Shown here piece after piece: positions 40,674 through 53,146 of a stretch of DNA of 64,000 bases. The stretch spans positions 1 through 64,000 of the forward strand of contig CAVYZN010000021.1 in assembly GCA_963773065.1 (NCBI GenBank). The letters are read 5' to 3'. Within the stretch, counting starts at the first letter, position 1; every line of letters begins with the position of its first letter. The translations under genes and the position numbers were made by a program. The notes below the pieces were generated by a model. It saw nothing but the letters and a program-made list of their open reading frames with translations, did no database searches and was not told where the DNA came from. This DNA is from an uncultured Gammaproteobacteria bacterium. GTDB lineage: Bacteria; Pseudomonadota; Gammaproteobacteria; UBA9214.

Positions 40674-41372
40674 ATGACATCGAAAACAACACCCTCCGAC
40701 AGCACCGTGCCCGTGATCACGATTGATGGCCCCAGCGGCTCCGGCAAAGGAACCATCAGCCAGCAACTGGCGGGGAAACTGGGTTGGCATTACCTCGACA
40801 GTGGCGCTCTTTATCGCCTGCTCGCCTGCGCGGCGTTGCGGGACGGCGTTGCGCTGGATGACGCCTCGGGACTGGTTGCCCTGGTTGATAGGATCAACGG
40901 GGAATTTCGTTATTCAGCGACCGGCAGGGAATGTGTCTTGCTGGATCACGAGGATGTGACGAGGCGCCTGCGTACCGAGGAATGCGGTAATGCGGCCTCG
41001 ATGCTCGCCATCTTGCCGGAAGTGCGGATTGCCCTGCTGGCCTGGCAGCGACGCTATCGCCGGCCACCCGGTCTGGTCGCGGATGGGCGCGATATGGGTA
41101 CGGTTGTTTTTCCCGATGCCGGGCTCAAGATATTCCTCACCGCAAGTCCCGAGGAACGTGCCTGGAGAAGATATAAGCAACTGAAAGAAAAGGGCATTAA
41201 AGCCACCCTGGAAGAGATTCTTGAGGATACCAGGGCGCGTGATCAGCGCGATAGGACACGCAAGAGCGCACCGCTCGAGCCGGCTATGGATGCCTTCATA
41301 CTGGATAATGGCGGCCTGGATGTCGCCGCGACCGTTGCCATTATCCTTGATCGACTCTCGATGAATGTTTAG
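40674..41372 (+). CDS. cmk: Cytidylate kinase
   Basis: IDGPSGSGKGT, LDSGALYR, ADGRDMGTVVFP. Confidence 0.97.
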   Translation: MTSKTTPSDSTVPVITIDGPSGSGKGTISQQLAGKLGWHYLDSGALYRLLACAALRDGVALDDASGLVALVDRINGEFRYSATGRECVLLDHEDVTRRLRTEECGNAASMLAILPEVRIALLAWQRRYRRPPGLVADGRDMGTVVFPDAGLKIFLTASPEERAWRRYKQLKEKGIKATLEEILEDTRARDQRDRTRKSAPLEPAMDAFILDNGGLDVAATVAIILDRLSMNV

Positions 41373-41379
41373 AAAAACC

Positions 41380-41528
41380 TTGTACAATTAGGAGGATAGC
41401 GTATAAAATCACGCACTGGTGATCGGGTTCATGCCCGATCGTGTTGATAAACTGACCCATCGTATCGTCTGATACGTGGTTTCGCACAAGGACTGCATGC
41501 ATGCAGTCCTTAAGGACAAGTTACTCCC
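41380..41528 (+). promoter_or_regulatory. rpsA sigma70 promoter and structured leader
   Basis: TTGTAC-N18-TAAAAT, then three hairpins (41421-41440, 41457-41479, 41488-41511). Confidence 0.55.
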
Positions 41529-43202
41529 ATGACCGAAAGTTTTGCTGAAATGTTTGAACAAAGTCTTGCTAGTCAGGAACTAAGGCGAGGTGCCGTAGTT
41601 ATCGGCAGAGTTGTTGATATCCAGATCGATAATGTGGTCATCAATGCCGGCCTGAAGTCCGAAGGCGTCATACCCATCGAGCAGTTCAAGAATGCGCAGG
41701 GTGAACTGGAAGTGGCGCTCGGCGATGAGGTTGAAGTCTCGCTGGAGGCGATCGAAGACGGATTCGGCGAGACCCGCCTGTCTCGTGAGAAAGCGAAACG
41801 TGATCAGGTCTGGCGGCGTCTGGAAAAGGCCTTTGAAAAAGAGGAAATCGTAAAGGGTGTCATCAGCGGCAAGGTCAAGGGCGGATTTACCGTCGACATC
41901 GAGGATATTCGCGCCTTCCTCCCCGGCTCACTGGTCGATGTGCGGCCGGTGCGTGATCCGGTCTACCTTGAAGGCAAGGAACTCGATTTCAAGGTCATCA
42001 AGCTGGACAAGCGCCGTAACAATGTCGTGGTATCGCGCCGCGCCGTCGTGGAGACCGAGTTCAGTGCGGAACGCGAGGCCCTGCTGGAAAACCTGCAGGA
42101 AGGGCAGGTCGTGAAGGGTATCGTTAAGAATCTAACGGATTATGGTGTGTTTGTGGATCTTGGCGGCATTGACGGGTTGCTGCACATCACGGATATGGCC
42201 TGGAAGCGTGTCAAGCATCCCTCCGAGATCGTCAATGTCGGTGACGAGATCGATGTCAAGGTTCTAAAGTTCGATCGCGAGCGCAACCGGGTATCACTGG
42301 GAATCAAGCAGCTCGGTCAGGATCCCTGGGCCGATCTGGCGCGCCGTTACCCCTCCGGTACACGCTTGTTCGGCAAGATTACCAACATTGCCGACTACGG
42401 ATGTTTCGTGGAGATCGAGGAGGGCGTTGAGGGACTGGTACACGTCTCCGAAATGGACTGGACCAACAAGAACGTCAATCCTTCCAAGGCCGTTCATGTC
42501 GGCCAGGAAGTCGAAGTGATGGTGCTCGATATCGACGAGGAACGCCGTCGCATCTCGCTGGGTATCAAGCAATGCTACCCGAATCCGTGGGATGAATTTG
42601 CCGCCACGCACAACAAGGGCGATCACGTCGCCGGCTCCATCAAGTCCATAACCGATTTCGGCATCTTTATCGGTCTGGATGGCGGCATCGATGGCCTGAT
42701 CCATCTTTCGGATATTTCCTGGAATGAACCGGGTGAAGAGGCCGTCCGCAAGTATCAGAAGGGTGATGAAATCGAGGCGGTGGTTCTGTCCGTCGATCCG
42801 GAGCGCGAAAGAATCTCGCTGGGCGTCAAGCAGCTCGAGAAGGACCCTTATTCCAATTTTGTGGCCGAACACAGCAAAGGGAGCATCGTCAAGGGCGTAG
42901 TCAAGGAGGTCGATGCCAAGGCTGCCGTCATCGACCTAGGAGACGGTGTTGAAGGTACGCTGCGTGCTTCGGAGCTGTCACGCGACCGGATCGAGGATGC
43001 GCGCACCATCCTGACTGTTGGCGATGAAGTCGAGGCCAAGTTCATGGGTGTGGACCGCAAGAATAGGACCATCAGCCTGTCTGTCAAGTCCAAGGACAGC
43101 GATGATGAAGCCGCCATGCTGCAGGATTATGGTGTCGACAGCGCCGAGGCAACAACCAATCTGGGGGATGTTCTCAAGCGGCAGCTGGGTGGTGAGGAGT
43201 AA
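41529..43202 (+). CDS. rpsA: 30S ribosomal protein S1
   Basis: [10 protein letters not shown]; repeated S1 domains; follows cmk. Confidence 0.98.
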   Translation: MTESFAEMFEQSLASQELRRGAVVIGRVVDIQIDNVVINAGLKSEGVIPIEQFKNAQGELEVALGDEVEVSLEAIEDGFGETRLSREKAKRDQVWRRLEKAFEKEEIVKGVISGKVKGGFTVDIEDIRAFLPGSLVDVRPVRDPVYLEGKELDFKVIKLDKRRNNVVVSRRAVVETEFSAEREALLENLQEGQVVKGIVKNLTDYGVFVDLGGIDGLLHITDMAWKRVKHPSEIVNVGDEIDVKVLKFDRERNRVSLGIKQLGQDPWADLARRYPSGTRLFGKITNIADYGCFVEIEEGVEGLVHVSEMDWTNKNVNPSKAVHVGQEVEVMVLDIDEERRRISLGIKQCYPNPWDEFAATHNKGDHVAGSIKSITDFGIFIGLDGGIDGLIHLSDISWNEPGEEAVRKYQKGDEIEAVVLSVDPERERISLGVKQLEKDPYSNFVAEHSKGSIVKGVVKEVDAKAAVIDLGDGVEGTLRASELSRDRIEDARTILTVGDEVEAKFMGVDRKNRTISLSVKSKDSDDEAAMLQDYGVDSAEATTNLGDVLKRQLGGEE

Positions 43203-43256
43203 GTACCCGCTGAGAGAAGCGATAACTGGAACTGTTTAATCCGGGTGGTGGAGCAA

Positions 43257-43559
43257 ATGACAAAGTCTGAACTAATCGAAATTCTCGCGGCCAAGAACAG
43301 TCACCTTAACAACAAGGATGTCGAACTGGCTGTGAAAAGCCTGCTGGAACAGATGAGTCAGGCACTTGCAACCGGACAACGGATCGAAATCAGGGGTTTT
43401 GGAAGTTTCTCCTTGCACTATCGTCCGCCCCGAATCGGCAGAAATCCCAAGACGGGTGATTCGGTGGCGCTGGCATCGAAACACGTGCCGCATTTCAAAC
43501 CCGGCAAGGAACTGCGAGAACGGGTCAACGGTTACTTCCATCGCATTAAGGACATTTAA
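43257..43559 (+). CDS. ihfB: Integration host factor beta
   Basis: [40 protein letters not shown]. Confidence 0.97.
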   Translation: MTKSELIEILAAKNSHLNNKDVELAVKSLLEQMSQALATGQRIEIRGFGSFSLHYRPPRIGRNPKTGDSVALASKHVPHFKPGKELRERVNGYFHRIKDI

Positions 43560-43854
43560 CGTAGGGCGGTGCACGGGCTGAATATCCGTGGTTTAGTCGG
43601 CACCGCCGTGTTTTCCCCCGCGTTACAGCGGATGATCCGGGTTCTGATCGCCCGTGACCTTGTCAGGATCCGGTCCGCACATGCCTTCCGGATCTATCGT
43701 GCTGAAAAATATTCGGGTGTCCCCGATAGTCACAACGGCCTTCAGCCGCCTGGCGGTTGATGACATGACTTTGACTTCCCCGTAGCCATGGCCTGTCGGT
43801 TCTAAGCACGGTTAGCTCGCAGATTGGACCTGACCATGATAGGAAACACCTGAG

Positions 43855-44571
43855 ATGAACAAGACAGAGAATCTTGGACCACGCGTTATTGTAGCCCTGG
43901 ATTATCCCGATGCGGAATCCGCGTGGCGACTGGTCAAGCGACTGGAATCCACTCAATGCCGACTCAAGATTGGTAAGGAACTGTTTACCGTTGCCGGTCC
44001 CGACTTTGTCCGCAAGCTGGTTGGAAATGGGTTTGATGTTTTTCTCGACTTGAAATTCCATGACATACCCAGCACGGCTGCCAAGGCCTGCCGTGCCGCT
44101 GCGCAGATAGGGGTGTGGATGATGAACGTCCACGCCCTGGGCGGGGAGAGAATGCTCGCTGCGGCGCGTGAGGCGCTCTCCGAACTGCTCCATCCTCCCT
44201 TGTTGGTTGCCGTCACCATACTTACCAGCATGGACGACAATGACCTGAGGTCAATTGGCCTGGGCGGGACACCGGAAGAACACGTGATCCGTCTGGCGAC
44301 GCTGGCGCACGACCATGGTCTTGATGGTGTCGTTTGCTCGTCCAGGGAAACAAAAGTGCTGAGCGCGCGCTTTGGTGCAGGCTTTCGGCTTGTCACACCC
44401 GGCATACGACCCTCCGGCAGCCTGATGGACGACCAGCGACGCGTCATGACGCCGGCTGATGCCATCAGGAACGGATCGACCTATCTGGTCATCGGACGAC
44501 CGATTACCCAGGCGGACGACCCGCTGGGGATATTGCTTACAATAAATTCGGAATTGGCCGCATTGAATTGA
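43855..44571 (+). CDS. pyrF: Orotidine-5'-phosphate decarboxylase
   Basis: [31 protein letters not shown]. Confidence 0.97.
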   Translation: MNKTENLGPRVIVALDYPDAESAWRLVKRLESTQCRLKIGKELFTVAGPDFVRKLVGNGFDVFLDLKFHDIPSTAAKACRAAAQIGVWMMNVHALGGERMLAAAREALSELLHPPLLVAVTILTSMDDNDLRSIGLGGTPEEHVIRLATLAHDHGLDGVVCSSRETKVLSARFGAGFRLVTPGIRPSGSLMDDQRRVMTPADAIRNGSTYLVIGRPITQADDPLGILLTINSELAALN

Positions 44572-44684
44572 CCATGCCGCGCAGTATTCTATTTCCGCGC
44601 GGTGTATCCCGATAGTATGACCAGACGGATACACGGCATGTGAATTTACACCAGGGATGATCACAACGGAAAGGAGTCCAGAGT

Positions 44685-44963
44685 ATGTCCATTATCAGAT
44701 CCATGTTATTGCTGTTTGCAATGCTGCTGACAGTCTCTGCAGGGGCCTTAGCGGATCCGGTTGATATCAATTCAGCCGATGCCGAAACACTTGCCAATAG
44801 CATTGATGGCGTCGGCACGCAGAAGGCGCTGGCTATCGTTCAGTACCGGGAGGCGAATGGTCCGTTCTCAAGCGTCGATGACCTTGCCAACGTACAGGGA
44901 ATCGGGATGAAAATTGTCGACAACAATCGCAGCAAACTGACTGTCGTGAAGCCATCAGAGTGA
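44685..44963 (+). CDS. ComEA-family helix-hairpin-helix DNA-binding protein
   Basis: Signal peptide; VDINSADAETLA, GVG..KA.AIVQYREANGPF, VQGIG. Confidence 0.9.
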   Translation: MSIIRSMLLLFAMLLTVSAGALADPVDINSADAETLANSIDGVGTQKALAIVQYREANGPFSSVDDLANVQGIGMKIVDNNRSKLTVVKPSE

Positions 44964-45005
44964 ACCATTGATGTCCGGTCACAATTGACATCAAACGACT
45001 ACGGC

Positions 45006-45034
45006 AAGGCGCCCTCCACGAGGGCGCTTTTTTT
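45006..45034 (+). terminator. Rho-independent terminator
   Basis: GGCGCCCTC-CAC-GAGGGCGCTTTTTTT. Confidence 0.85.
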
Positions 45035-45361
45035 ATTTGCTGCTTCGTCATTGTCTGCCGCCTGACGCGGCAAGACCCGGGGAATTTCTGGTAATCAACA
45101 ATTCCTGACACATTCCTGTAGAATCAAGCCGAGTTATTAAAAACAACAAAAGCAACTGGAAACATGAAGATATTGTCAGTAACCGCGTTATCGTGAGGGC
45201 TGTTCCAGCATGAATGATGACACGGCGACGGCTATTGACTACCATGGTCACCATTGCCGATAGTCTAACTGGATGATAGTCAATAATTTACAGAAATGGC
45301 CGATGGTTGTGGCAGATTTACTGGCCAGTTTTCATTCTAGAACCCATCACGGACAGATCCT

Positions 45362-46786
45362 ATGAAACTTATTCCGGTGATTCTCTCAGGTGGTTCAGGC
45401 TCGCGTCTGTGGCCGTTGTCGCGTGAGAACTATCCAAAGCCGTTGCTGCCGCTGACCTCGGAGCGCAGCCTGCTGCAGGACACGGCCGCGCGTCTCGACG
45501 GCCTGCCGGAGGTGGGTGATGCGGTGTACGTCTGTAATGAGGAACACCGTTACCTTGTGGCCGAGCAGGTGGCCGCCATGGGCAAGACGCCGGCAACCAT
45601 CATCCTCGAACCCGAGGGGAGAAATACCGCCCCCGCGCTGACCTTGGCGGCATTGTACCTGGCGCGCAACACGCCGGACTCCCTGATGTTGGTGATGCCG
45701 GCGGATCATGTCATCACGGAGCGTGAGGCGTTTCTTGAAGCGGTTCACAAGGGGTGCGGGCCGGCCGGGGTGGGCAGCCTGGTGACCTTCGGTGTGGTGC
45801 CGGATGCGCCGGAAACCGGATACGGCTACATCAAGCGGGATGCTGAACTCGACGGCGCCCAAGCCTTTACTGTAGCGCGTTTTGTCGAGAAGCCGGACCT
45901 GGAAACCGCCAACCGCTACGTGAGTGAAGGTGATTATTACTGGAATAGTGGAATTTTCCTGATGCGCACCCGGCGCTGGCTGGAGGAGATTGGCCGTTTC
46001 CGCCCGGACATACTCGATGCATGTCGCGAGGCCATGGAGCGGGGCACAGAGGACAGTGACTTCTACCGCGTCTCCCGACCGGCCTTTCTAGGTTGTCCAA
46101 GTGACTCGATCGATTACGCGGTAATGGAAAAAACCGTCAATGCCGTAGTGGTGCCGTTCAGCGCGGGCTGGTCGGATGTCGGGGCCTGGTCGGCGTTATG
46201 GAAGGTGTGTCCCCAGAATGCCGACGGCAATGTCATCCAGGGCGATGTTATCGCCGAGGATACGCACAATGCACTGCTGTTCGCCCAGCATCGCTGTCTG
46301 GCGACGGTGGGAATAGATGACATCATCGTGGTGGAGACGGCCGATGCGGTGCTGGTGGCAAGCAAGGACCGGGCTCAGGACGTCAAGCACATCGTCAACA
46401 CGCTGAAGGCGCGCAAGCGCGTGGAATTTAAGGTACACCGGTGTGTCTACCGGCCGTGGGGTTCCTATGAAGGCATTGATGCCGGTCCCCGTTTCCAGGT
46501 CAAACGTCTGACCGTCAAACCCGGTGCGGCGCTGTCGCTGCAGATGCACCACCATCGTGCCGAGCACTGGGTGGTGGTTAAAGGTACCGCACGGGTTACC
46601 TGCGGCGAGAGCGTATTTAACCTGCACGAGAACGAGTCAACCTATATTCCCATCGGTGAAAAACACCGGTTGGAGAACCCAGGCAACATCCCGCTGGAGA
46701 TTATCGAGATTCAGTCCGGTAGTTACCTCGGCGAGGATGATATCGTTCGATTCGAGGACGTGTATGACCGTTGCCAGGCGAAGTGA
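45362..46786 (+). CDS. manC: Mannose-1-phosphate guanylyltransferase/mannose-6-phosphate isomerase
   Basis: [30 protein letters not shown], cupin HHHRAEHW. Confidence 0.95.
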   Translation: MKLIPVILSGGSGSRLWPLSRENYPKPLLPLTSERSLLQDTAARLDGLPEVGDAVYVCNEEHRYLVAEQVAAMGKTPATIILEPEGRNTAPALTLAALYLARNTPDSLMLVMPADHVITEREAFLEAVHKGCGPAGVGSLVTFGVVPDAPETGYGYIKRDAELDGAQAFTVARFVEKPDLETANRYVSEGDYYWNSGIFLMRTRRWLEEIGRFRPDILDACREAMERGTEDSDFYRVSRPAFLGCPSDSIDYAVMEKTVNAVVVPFSAGWSDVGAWSALWKVCPQNADGNVIQGDVIAEDTHNALLFAQHRCLATVGIDDIIVVETADAVLVASKDRAQDVKHIVNTLKARKRVEFKVHRCVYRPWGSYEGIDAGPRFQVKRLTVKPGAALSLQMHHHRAEHWVVVKGTARVTCGESVFNLHENESTYIPIGEKHRLENPGNIPLEIIEIQSGSYLGEDDIVRFEDVYDRCQAK

Positions 46787-46812
46787 TAACACAACACCAA
46801 GGTCAGAAATTT

Positions 46813-47724
46813 ATGGATAGAAAAGTTACGAAAGCGGTATTCCCGGTTGCGGGCCTGGGTACACGTTTCCTGCCGGCTACCAAGGCCAACCCCAAGGAAA
46901 TGCTACCCATCGTCGACAAGCCACTGATTCAGTATGCGGCGGAAGAGGCGGTCAAGGCAGGTATCAATGAGTTGATTTTCGTAACGAGCAGCAGCAAGCG
47001 TGCCATTGAAGATCATTTTGACAAGAATTATGAGCTGGAAACGGAACTGGCGCATCGAGGTAAAACCAAATTGCTTTCCATTGTTCAGAATGTCGTTCCG
47101 GAACATATCACCTGCGTCTATGTACGCCAGCCCGAAGCTCTTGGTCTGGGTCATGCCGTGTTGTGTGCAAGGCCGGTGGTGGGCGATGACCCCTTTGCAG
47201 TGATACTGGCTGACGACCTGATCGAGTGTGCTGATGAGTGCTGTCTAAGCCAGATGGTTGCCGTATATAAGGAGCACGGGTGCAGCATACTCGGTGTGGA
47301 AGAGGTGCCAAGGAATGAAACTGACAGGTACGGAATTGTGGATCCTGCCTCATCCAGCGGTCGCAACAGCTTCGTAAGGAATATCGTGGAAAAACCAGCG
47401 CCTGAAGTAGCCAAATCTAACCTGGCTGTAGTGGGACGTTACATACTCAACCCAAGAATCTTCGCGCATCTGCAAACGATTCCACGCGGTGCCGGTGGAG
47501 AGATACAACTTACCGACGCCATAGAACAATTGCTGAAGGAAGAACAGGTGCTGGCGTATCGCTTTAAAGGCAAGCGCTATGATTGCGGCAGCAAACTGGG
47601 CTATCTGCAGGCGACAGTTGAGTACGCGCTGAGACACCCAGAACTGCGCGATGCTTTTCGTGAGTATCTGGTGGCTGAATTGGGTATGAAGGCAGACAAG
47701 GGCCTACTCAGAATCAGCAACTAA
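46813..47724 (+). CDS. galU: UTP--glucose-1-phosphate uridylyltransferase
   Basis: [34 protein letters not shown]. Confidence 0.96.
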   Translation: MDRKVTKAVFPVAGLGTRFLPATKANPKEMLPIVDKPLIQYAAEEAVKAGINELIFVTSSSKRAIEDHFDKNYELETELAHRGKTKLLSIVQNVVPEHITCVYVRQPEALGLGHAVLCARPVVGDDPFAVILADDLIECADECCLSQMVAVYKEHGCSILGVEEVPRNETDRYGIVDPASSSGRNSFVRNIVEKPAPEVAKSNLAVVGRYILNPRIFAHLQTIPRGAGGEIQLTDAIEQLLKEEQVLAYRFKGKRYDCGSKLGYLQATVEYALRHPELRDAFREYLVAELGMKADKGLLRISN

Positions 47725-47813
47725 CTGTTACTACGGCAATGGCAATCCTGGCCGGATTGAATGGTTCTCCGGGATGAGACTGAACCGCTGGCCTAGCGAT
47801 CTGGTGTTTAGCC

Positions 47814-47848
47814 AAACAAACGGCGACCCGAAGGTCGCCGTTTGTTTT
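47814..47848. terminator. Bidirectional rho-independent terminator
   Basis: AAACAAACGGCGACC-CGAA-GGTCGCCGTTTGTTTT between convergent genes. Confidence 0.85.
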
Positions 47849-47888
47849 ATGCACAAATGACGATGTCAGGGTCGTCACAGTGCGGAAG

Positions 47889-48050
47889 TCAACCGTCGAG
47901 ATGTGAGGCTACCCAGGGCATGGAAACCAGTGTGATGGCAGCGGCGACGACGTAAATCTTCAATGCACCAAGCCACGCGAGATACTGCAAGCTGGGATCA
48001 CCCAGAAAGTAAATTACCATCAGAGTAATAATCATCTTGTTCATAACCAT
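47889..48050 (-). CDS. Small membrane protein
   Basis: GGGGAG RBS; two hydrophobic segments; followed by a terminator. Confidence 0.5.
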   Translation of the reverse strand: MVMNKMIITLMVIYFLGDPSLQYLAWLGALKIYVVAAAITLVSMPWVASHLDG

Positions 48051-48167
48051 CTCCCCGTTACTACCTGCTGTTTCGATGGTTATATACTGAACCAGTGATG
48101 ACATTATTTCTGTGACTGGCAACACGCCAGATAGAAACGCGTGTCACATATTCATGCAAAAGACAGC

Positions 48168-48566
48168 CTATCCATTGTGTACCTCATGTTTGTCAAGCAC
48201 TGAAGGGGCGGGGTTTCTTATGTCTTGTTGGGCAGGTAGCCAACCTTCACCGATATAAGGATCTACCCGCTCTTCCTGCTCTGTGTTCCTGCCACTGGGA
48301 GCGTGTTGCTCATTGGCGAAATCAATAGCCTCCCGGATATCATCAAGCCTTCCCAATAACGCACCAAGAGCGCCGGCTAGCAGCGAAGGCATAAGAAACA
48401 TCCAGACCCAAAACCAGCCAGTGACAGCAGCACCATGGATTGCATCACCACTCGATGATGGTATCCCAATCTGCAGGGATCCCATCCCGAATTGCTGTCC
48501 TCCGAATAATGCCCCTAGTCCTAGGAAGATCCAAACAAAGGAGAATACATACAATAACGTCTTCAT
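48168..48566 (-). CDS. Hypothetical two-TM membrane protein
   Basis: Two hydrophobic segments plus a soluble tail. Confidence 0.55.
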   Translation of the reverse strand: MKTLLYVFSFVWIFLGLGALFGGQQFGMGSLQIGIPSSSGDAIHGAAVTGWFWVWMFLMPSLLAGALGALLGRLDDIREAIDFANEQHAPSGRNTEQEERVDPYIGEGWLPAQQDIRNPAPSVLDKHEVHNG

Positions 48567-49034
48567 ATCGGTTCACCCAAAAGCTGTTTTCATCTGATAC
48601 TACACCCGAGGGGTATTTCAGGCAGAGAAATGCACCGCGATTTCCATTAACGGGGCATAATATCCCGCTCCGACACGGAATTGATAAAGCGGGGAATGTT
48701 GTGTAACTCTTTGATTGTGGCCCGGGACGGGCTCAAACTGATCATATAACTACATGTAATACAATAAATATATCTTGTGTTGATAATGCGTATGCCCCAA
48801 ATGTGCCCCCAATGCATTATTGTACCCTGCTCGTTAGATAATGCTAAATGGCCGGAAACGACCCTAAGTTGCCGTTTAGTCGATGATTATATAAGCAGTG
48901 CCTTAACGAGAAAGAACGGCCTAATGCGAACATGCATGACATGCGGAGCGAGGGTATTTCTGGCTAACATTATTCAATAACAATCACTGCCCGGTAATCC
49001 AGCCAGAACGACATGCTCAGAATTAAGAGATGAG

Positions 49035-50950
49035 GTGAATAAAGAGATGGATGGGATCAAGGAGAAAATTTATCTGGACTTGCTCCATGGCGAGAGAATA
49101 CCGCAGGACGGGCAGGCTGTTGCACCAGTTCATCCTCTGGAGGCAAATGCGAAAGTGGCTCGCGGACGACGGTCTCAGCTTCTGTCCACTAGACAGAAGC
49201 TAGCTTGGTTGATGCTTGGCGTGGTTTCCGGTGCACTGATCGTTATCGTGGCTTGGTGGCCTGAATTGAACGAATTGGCAGGTGGCGCAGGAGTCAAGGG
49301 GATGGTAAGCAGTTTGACGGAGCATCGACAGTCTGGCGAGCTACCGGCACAATCTTTCACGACAGAAGAAACCAGAGGAGATCTCAAACAGGGTGTCATA
49401 TCCCGGCTGGAATTACTGCCACCCACGGCTGCTGGTATGGGGAACGACAGTACTTCGGCGGGCAAGGATAAAGACAAGTCCAGGAATACTACGAGCAGTA
49501 CACTCCTTGCAAAATCAGACAACCTTCCTGTTACTACCCAAGTTCAGCCACATGAAACAATAAGTGATACTGACCCAGCAATGAGTGCAGTGCTAGAGGC
49601 GGAAGATACCTTGGCGCGCTTGCAAAAACTGGCTGAGTTCGGAGATGCCAAGGCACAAAACATCCTTGGGGTGATGTACGCCACCGGCGATGGCGTGCCG
49701 AAGAATGCTGCCAAGGCAGCAGAGTGGTATCAGAAGGCGGCGGGGCAGGGAGATGCCAAGGCACAATACAACCTCGGAATAATGTACGCCACCGGCGATG
49801 GCGTGCCGATGGACCATGGTAAAGCCATGGAATGGCTTCAGAAGGCAGCCGCGCAGGGAGATGCCAGCGCACAATTCAAACTCGGAGTGATGTACAGAAG
49901 CGGCGATGGCGTGCCGAAAAATGCCGCCAAGGCAGCAGAGTGGTTTGAGAAAGCGGCGGCGCAGGGAAATGCCGATGCACAACTCAACCTGGGGGTGATC
50001 GCCACCGACGATGGCATGCCGAAGAATGCTACCAAGGCAGCAGAGGGGGATAAGAAGTCGGCGACGCAGGAAGATGCCAAGGCACAGCACAACCCCGGAA
50101 TAATTATGCCACCGGTGATGGCGTGCCGTTGAACCCTGGTAAAGCCATGGAACGGCTTCAGACGGCAGCCGCGCAGGACGATGCCAGCGCACAGTTTAAA
50201 CTCGGGTTGATGTACAGAAGCGGCGAAGGCGTGCCGAAGAATGCCGCCAAGGCAGCAGAGTGGTTTGAGCAGGCGGCGGCGCAGGGAAATGTCAATGCAC
50301 AGTTCAACCTCGGGGTAATGTACAGAAGCGGCGAAGGCGTGCCGAAGAATGCCGCCAAGGCAGCAGAGTGGTTTGAGCAGGCGGCGGCACAGGGAAATGT
50401 CAATGCACAGTACAACCTCGGGGTGATGTATGACACTGGCGATGGCGTGCCGATGGACTCTGCTAAAGCCATCGAATGGTTTCAGAAGGCAGCGGCGCAG
50501 GGAGATGCCAAGGCACAGAACAAAGTCGGAATAATGTATGCCACTGGCGATGGTGTGCCGATGGACCCTGCTAAAGCCATGGAATGGTTTCAGAGATCGG
50601 CGATGCAGGGATATTCAAACGCACAATTAAACCTCGGGATGATGTACGCCACCGGCGATGGCGTGCCGAAGAATGCTGCCAAGGCAGCAGCGTGGTTTCA
50701 GAAAGCGGCGGCGCAGGGAGATGCCGGCGCACAATTCAACCTCGGGGTGATGTACAGAATCGGCGAAGGCGTGTCGAAGGATTTGATATTAGCCTATGCA
50801 TGGTTGAATCTGGCTGCGATACAGGATATTGAGAATGCATCAAAAACACGTGACATGCTCGAATTGAATTCAGTCCAGCGTATAGAGGCGGAGCGTATGT
50901 CATCTAATTGGAAAACTGGGCAAGTGCTACAGCGGGATGGCGTGCCATAG
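49035..50950 (+). CDS. Membrane-anchored Sel1-like repeat protein (frameshift near 50105)
   Basis: One TM; many 36-aa AQxNLGxMYxxGxGVPKxxxKAxEWxxKAAxQG repeats; terminal AYAWLNLAA. Confidence 0.88.
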
Positions 50951-51430
50951 CTGCCGTTCACTCCGTCATGACGAACCTCTCTGATCTTCAGTCTCGAAAT
51001 CTGAATGGCATCGCCTTCAACCGCGGGGGCTTGTCTCGCGAACTTGACGCTTACGGTGAACCAGAGGCCGCGGAGTTGATGAAAGTAGTCAGCCCGGAGA
51101 AGCAAGCCGAGATCTCAGCCCGGGCAATGACGATCCTGCTGAGAGTCTTGCATTATCGATAAGGCGATTTGCCTTGCGGCCGTGGAGGTTTTCTTCGGCG
51201 AGGTCCGTCCCTTGCGACGCAAGCGACGCGTGTATCCTAAGAGCTGACGGCCACGCGTCGGAGGGGCAGCTAACTAACCCTTGCACCCGACCAGGGCACG
51301 CTGCTCCACTCTCGCATTCGTGATACGCTCTCGGGCGTGCCCTGACGGCTGATGGGCAGGGCGTTAAGGTCCGAATTCAGGAAATTTAGCCAGCTCTTCT
51401 ATTCGGATCGGCTAATTGGCGAGAGACGAC

Positions 51431-51572
51431 CCAGCCTGTGTGAAAACTCACGCTGAAGGACGCCGCGCAAAATTCAGGCTTCACCAGAGGCGCGTAGCGC
51501 CACGATCGGCGCGTGAGGAGAGGTTTCGGTACCCCCTGTATTTCGATTATTTCGAGTTTTCACACGGCCTGG
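51431..51572. mobile_element. ~142-bp MITE with IS1182-like ends
   Basis: IRs CCAGCCTGTGTGAAAACTC / GAGTTTTCACACGGCCTGG (17/19 match), no ORF. Confidence 0.65.
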
Positions 51573-51576
51573 ACCC

Positions 51577-52846
51577 TGAAGTGGTCCCCAAATTATGGAC
51601 AGGGGGATAAGCTCTGACTTTCCGAAGAGAGGAAGGACGACGATGAGTCAGAAGCGCAAGCAATACCGAGCGGATTTCAAGGCCAAGGTAGCCTTGGAAG
51701 CCTTACGAGAGGACATGACCGTGGCCCAGCTTTCGCAGAAACACGGCATTCACCCCACCCTGATTAACCAATGGAAGCGGCAATTGCTGGAACACGCCCC
51801 TGCGGCCTTCGCCCGTGGGGAGTATAAGGACGACACGACGGCTGTCGTTGCCGAGCTCTACCGGCAGATCGGGCAGCTCAAGGTGGAATGCGATTTTTTA
51901 GCCGGCAGGCCCGGGATCAATCCCTTGCGAAGAGGCGTGCGATGATCGACCGGGCCTATTCCCCATTGAGCGTCGTGCGCCAGTGTGAACTGCTCGGCGT
52001 CAGCCGTGCGGGGCTGTATTACCAACCGGCGCGCGAGAGCGAAGAGAACCTGGCCCTGATGCGGCTGATTGACGAGCAATACCTCAAGACGCCGTTCTAC
52101 GGCAGCCGTCAGATGAGGAACCACCTTGTGCGGCTGGGATATAAGGTCAACCGCAAGCGGGTGCAACGGCTGATGGCGCTCATGGGATTGCAGGCGGTGG
52201 CGCCGGGACCACACACCAGCCTCCCGCATCCGCAGCACAAGGTTTATCCGTACCGCTTGCGTGGCATGACCATCGACCGCCCCAACCAGGTCTGGGCCAC
52301 GGACATCACCTATATCCCGATGGCCAAGGGCTTCATGTATCTCATTGCGGTGATGGACTGGGCGACCCGCAAAGTGTATGTCCTGGCGGGTCTCCAATAC
52401 CCAGGACACGACCTTCTGCGTCGAGGCGTTGAAGGAAGCCTTGCTCAACTACCGCAAACCGGAGATCTTCAACACCGACCAGGGCAGCCAGTTCACGAGT
52501 AGCGAGTTCACTGGTCTGCTCATGACCTGGGGTGTTGAGATCAGCATGGACGGTCGCGGGCGCTGCCACGATAACATTTTCGTGGAGCGTCTTTGGCGCA
52601 CGGTGAAGTACGAGTGTATCCACCTCAACGCCTTTGAAGACGGTCGCTGCCTGCGGGAGGTGCTGGGGTAGCTACTTCGACTGGTATAACCAGGAGAGAC
52701 CCCACACGGCGCTAGGAGGCGAAAGCCCGGATACCCTATACTTTGGCAAACAGGAAAACCAACCCCTGGCAGCCTGAGCCAGACAACAACCATGAGTCAG
52801 AGCTTATTCCACCTCCCAGGCTGTCCAAAGGATGGGGTCCACTTCA
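51577..52846 (+). mobile_element. IS3-family element, 1270 bp
   Basis: IRs TGAAGTGGTCCCCAAATTATGGACAG / CTGTCCAAAGGATGGGGTCCACTTCA; CCC duplicated on both sides. Confidence 0.9.
51643..52671 (+). pseudogene. IS3 transposase orfA (51643-51945) and orfB (frameshift near 52378, early stop)
   Basis: FKAKVALEAL; YGSRQM, WATDITYI, FNTDQGSQF, DNIFVERLWRTVKYE. Confidence 0.85.
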
Positions 52847-53146
52847 CCCATTAGCATCATCGCGCGATTACGGTTGTGCCTTTCGTTGTGATTACCCGCT
52901 TTGCCGCGACACGGGCGAGCGCTGCCTCCCGAGCCACCCCGGCAGGCACCACTGCGTTTTCCCTATCGCTGTGCTCTGAACTTTCCACCGTTGCGCTTCA
53001 CCAAACAGTGTGACTGGGTTGTGTTCGCAGAGCGCGAACATCCGCTGATCGAATCGCGATCGCAGTCACTGCCCCGGTTGGCAGGACAAGTTTTAATTTA
53101 TTTAATTTCAGTTGGTTGAAATTTCTTCAGGCGGAACGGACCGGAT

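Noticed and set aside
45035-45361. JUMPstart/ops element or sRNA upstream of manC-galU
   Set aside because: No GGCGGTAG ops motif or convincing structure found; only an AT-rich promoter region.
49620-50800. Regularly spaced DNA repeats as a possible CRISPR array
   Set aside because: The 108-nt period is in-frame Sel1 coding repeats; there are no unique spacers and no cas genes.
50968-51162. Short ORF after the Sel1 gene
   Set aside because: No clear RBS or motif; may be a gene remnant and cannot be supported.
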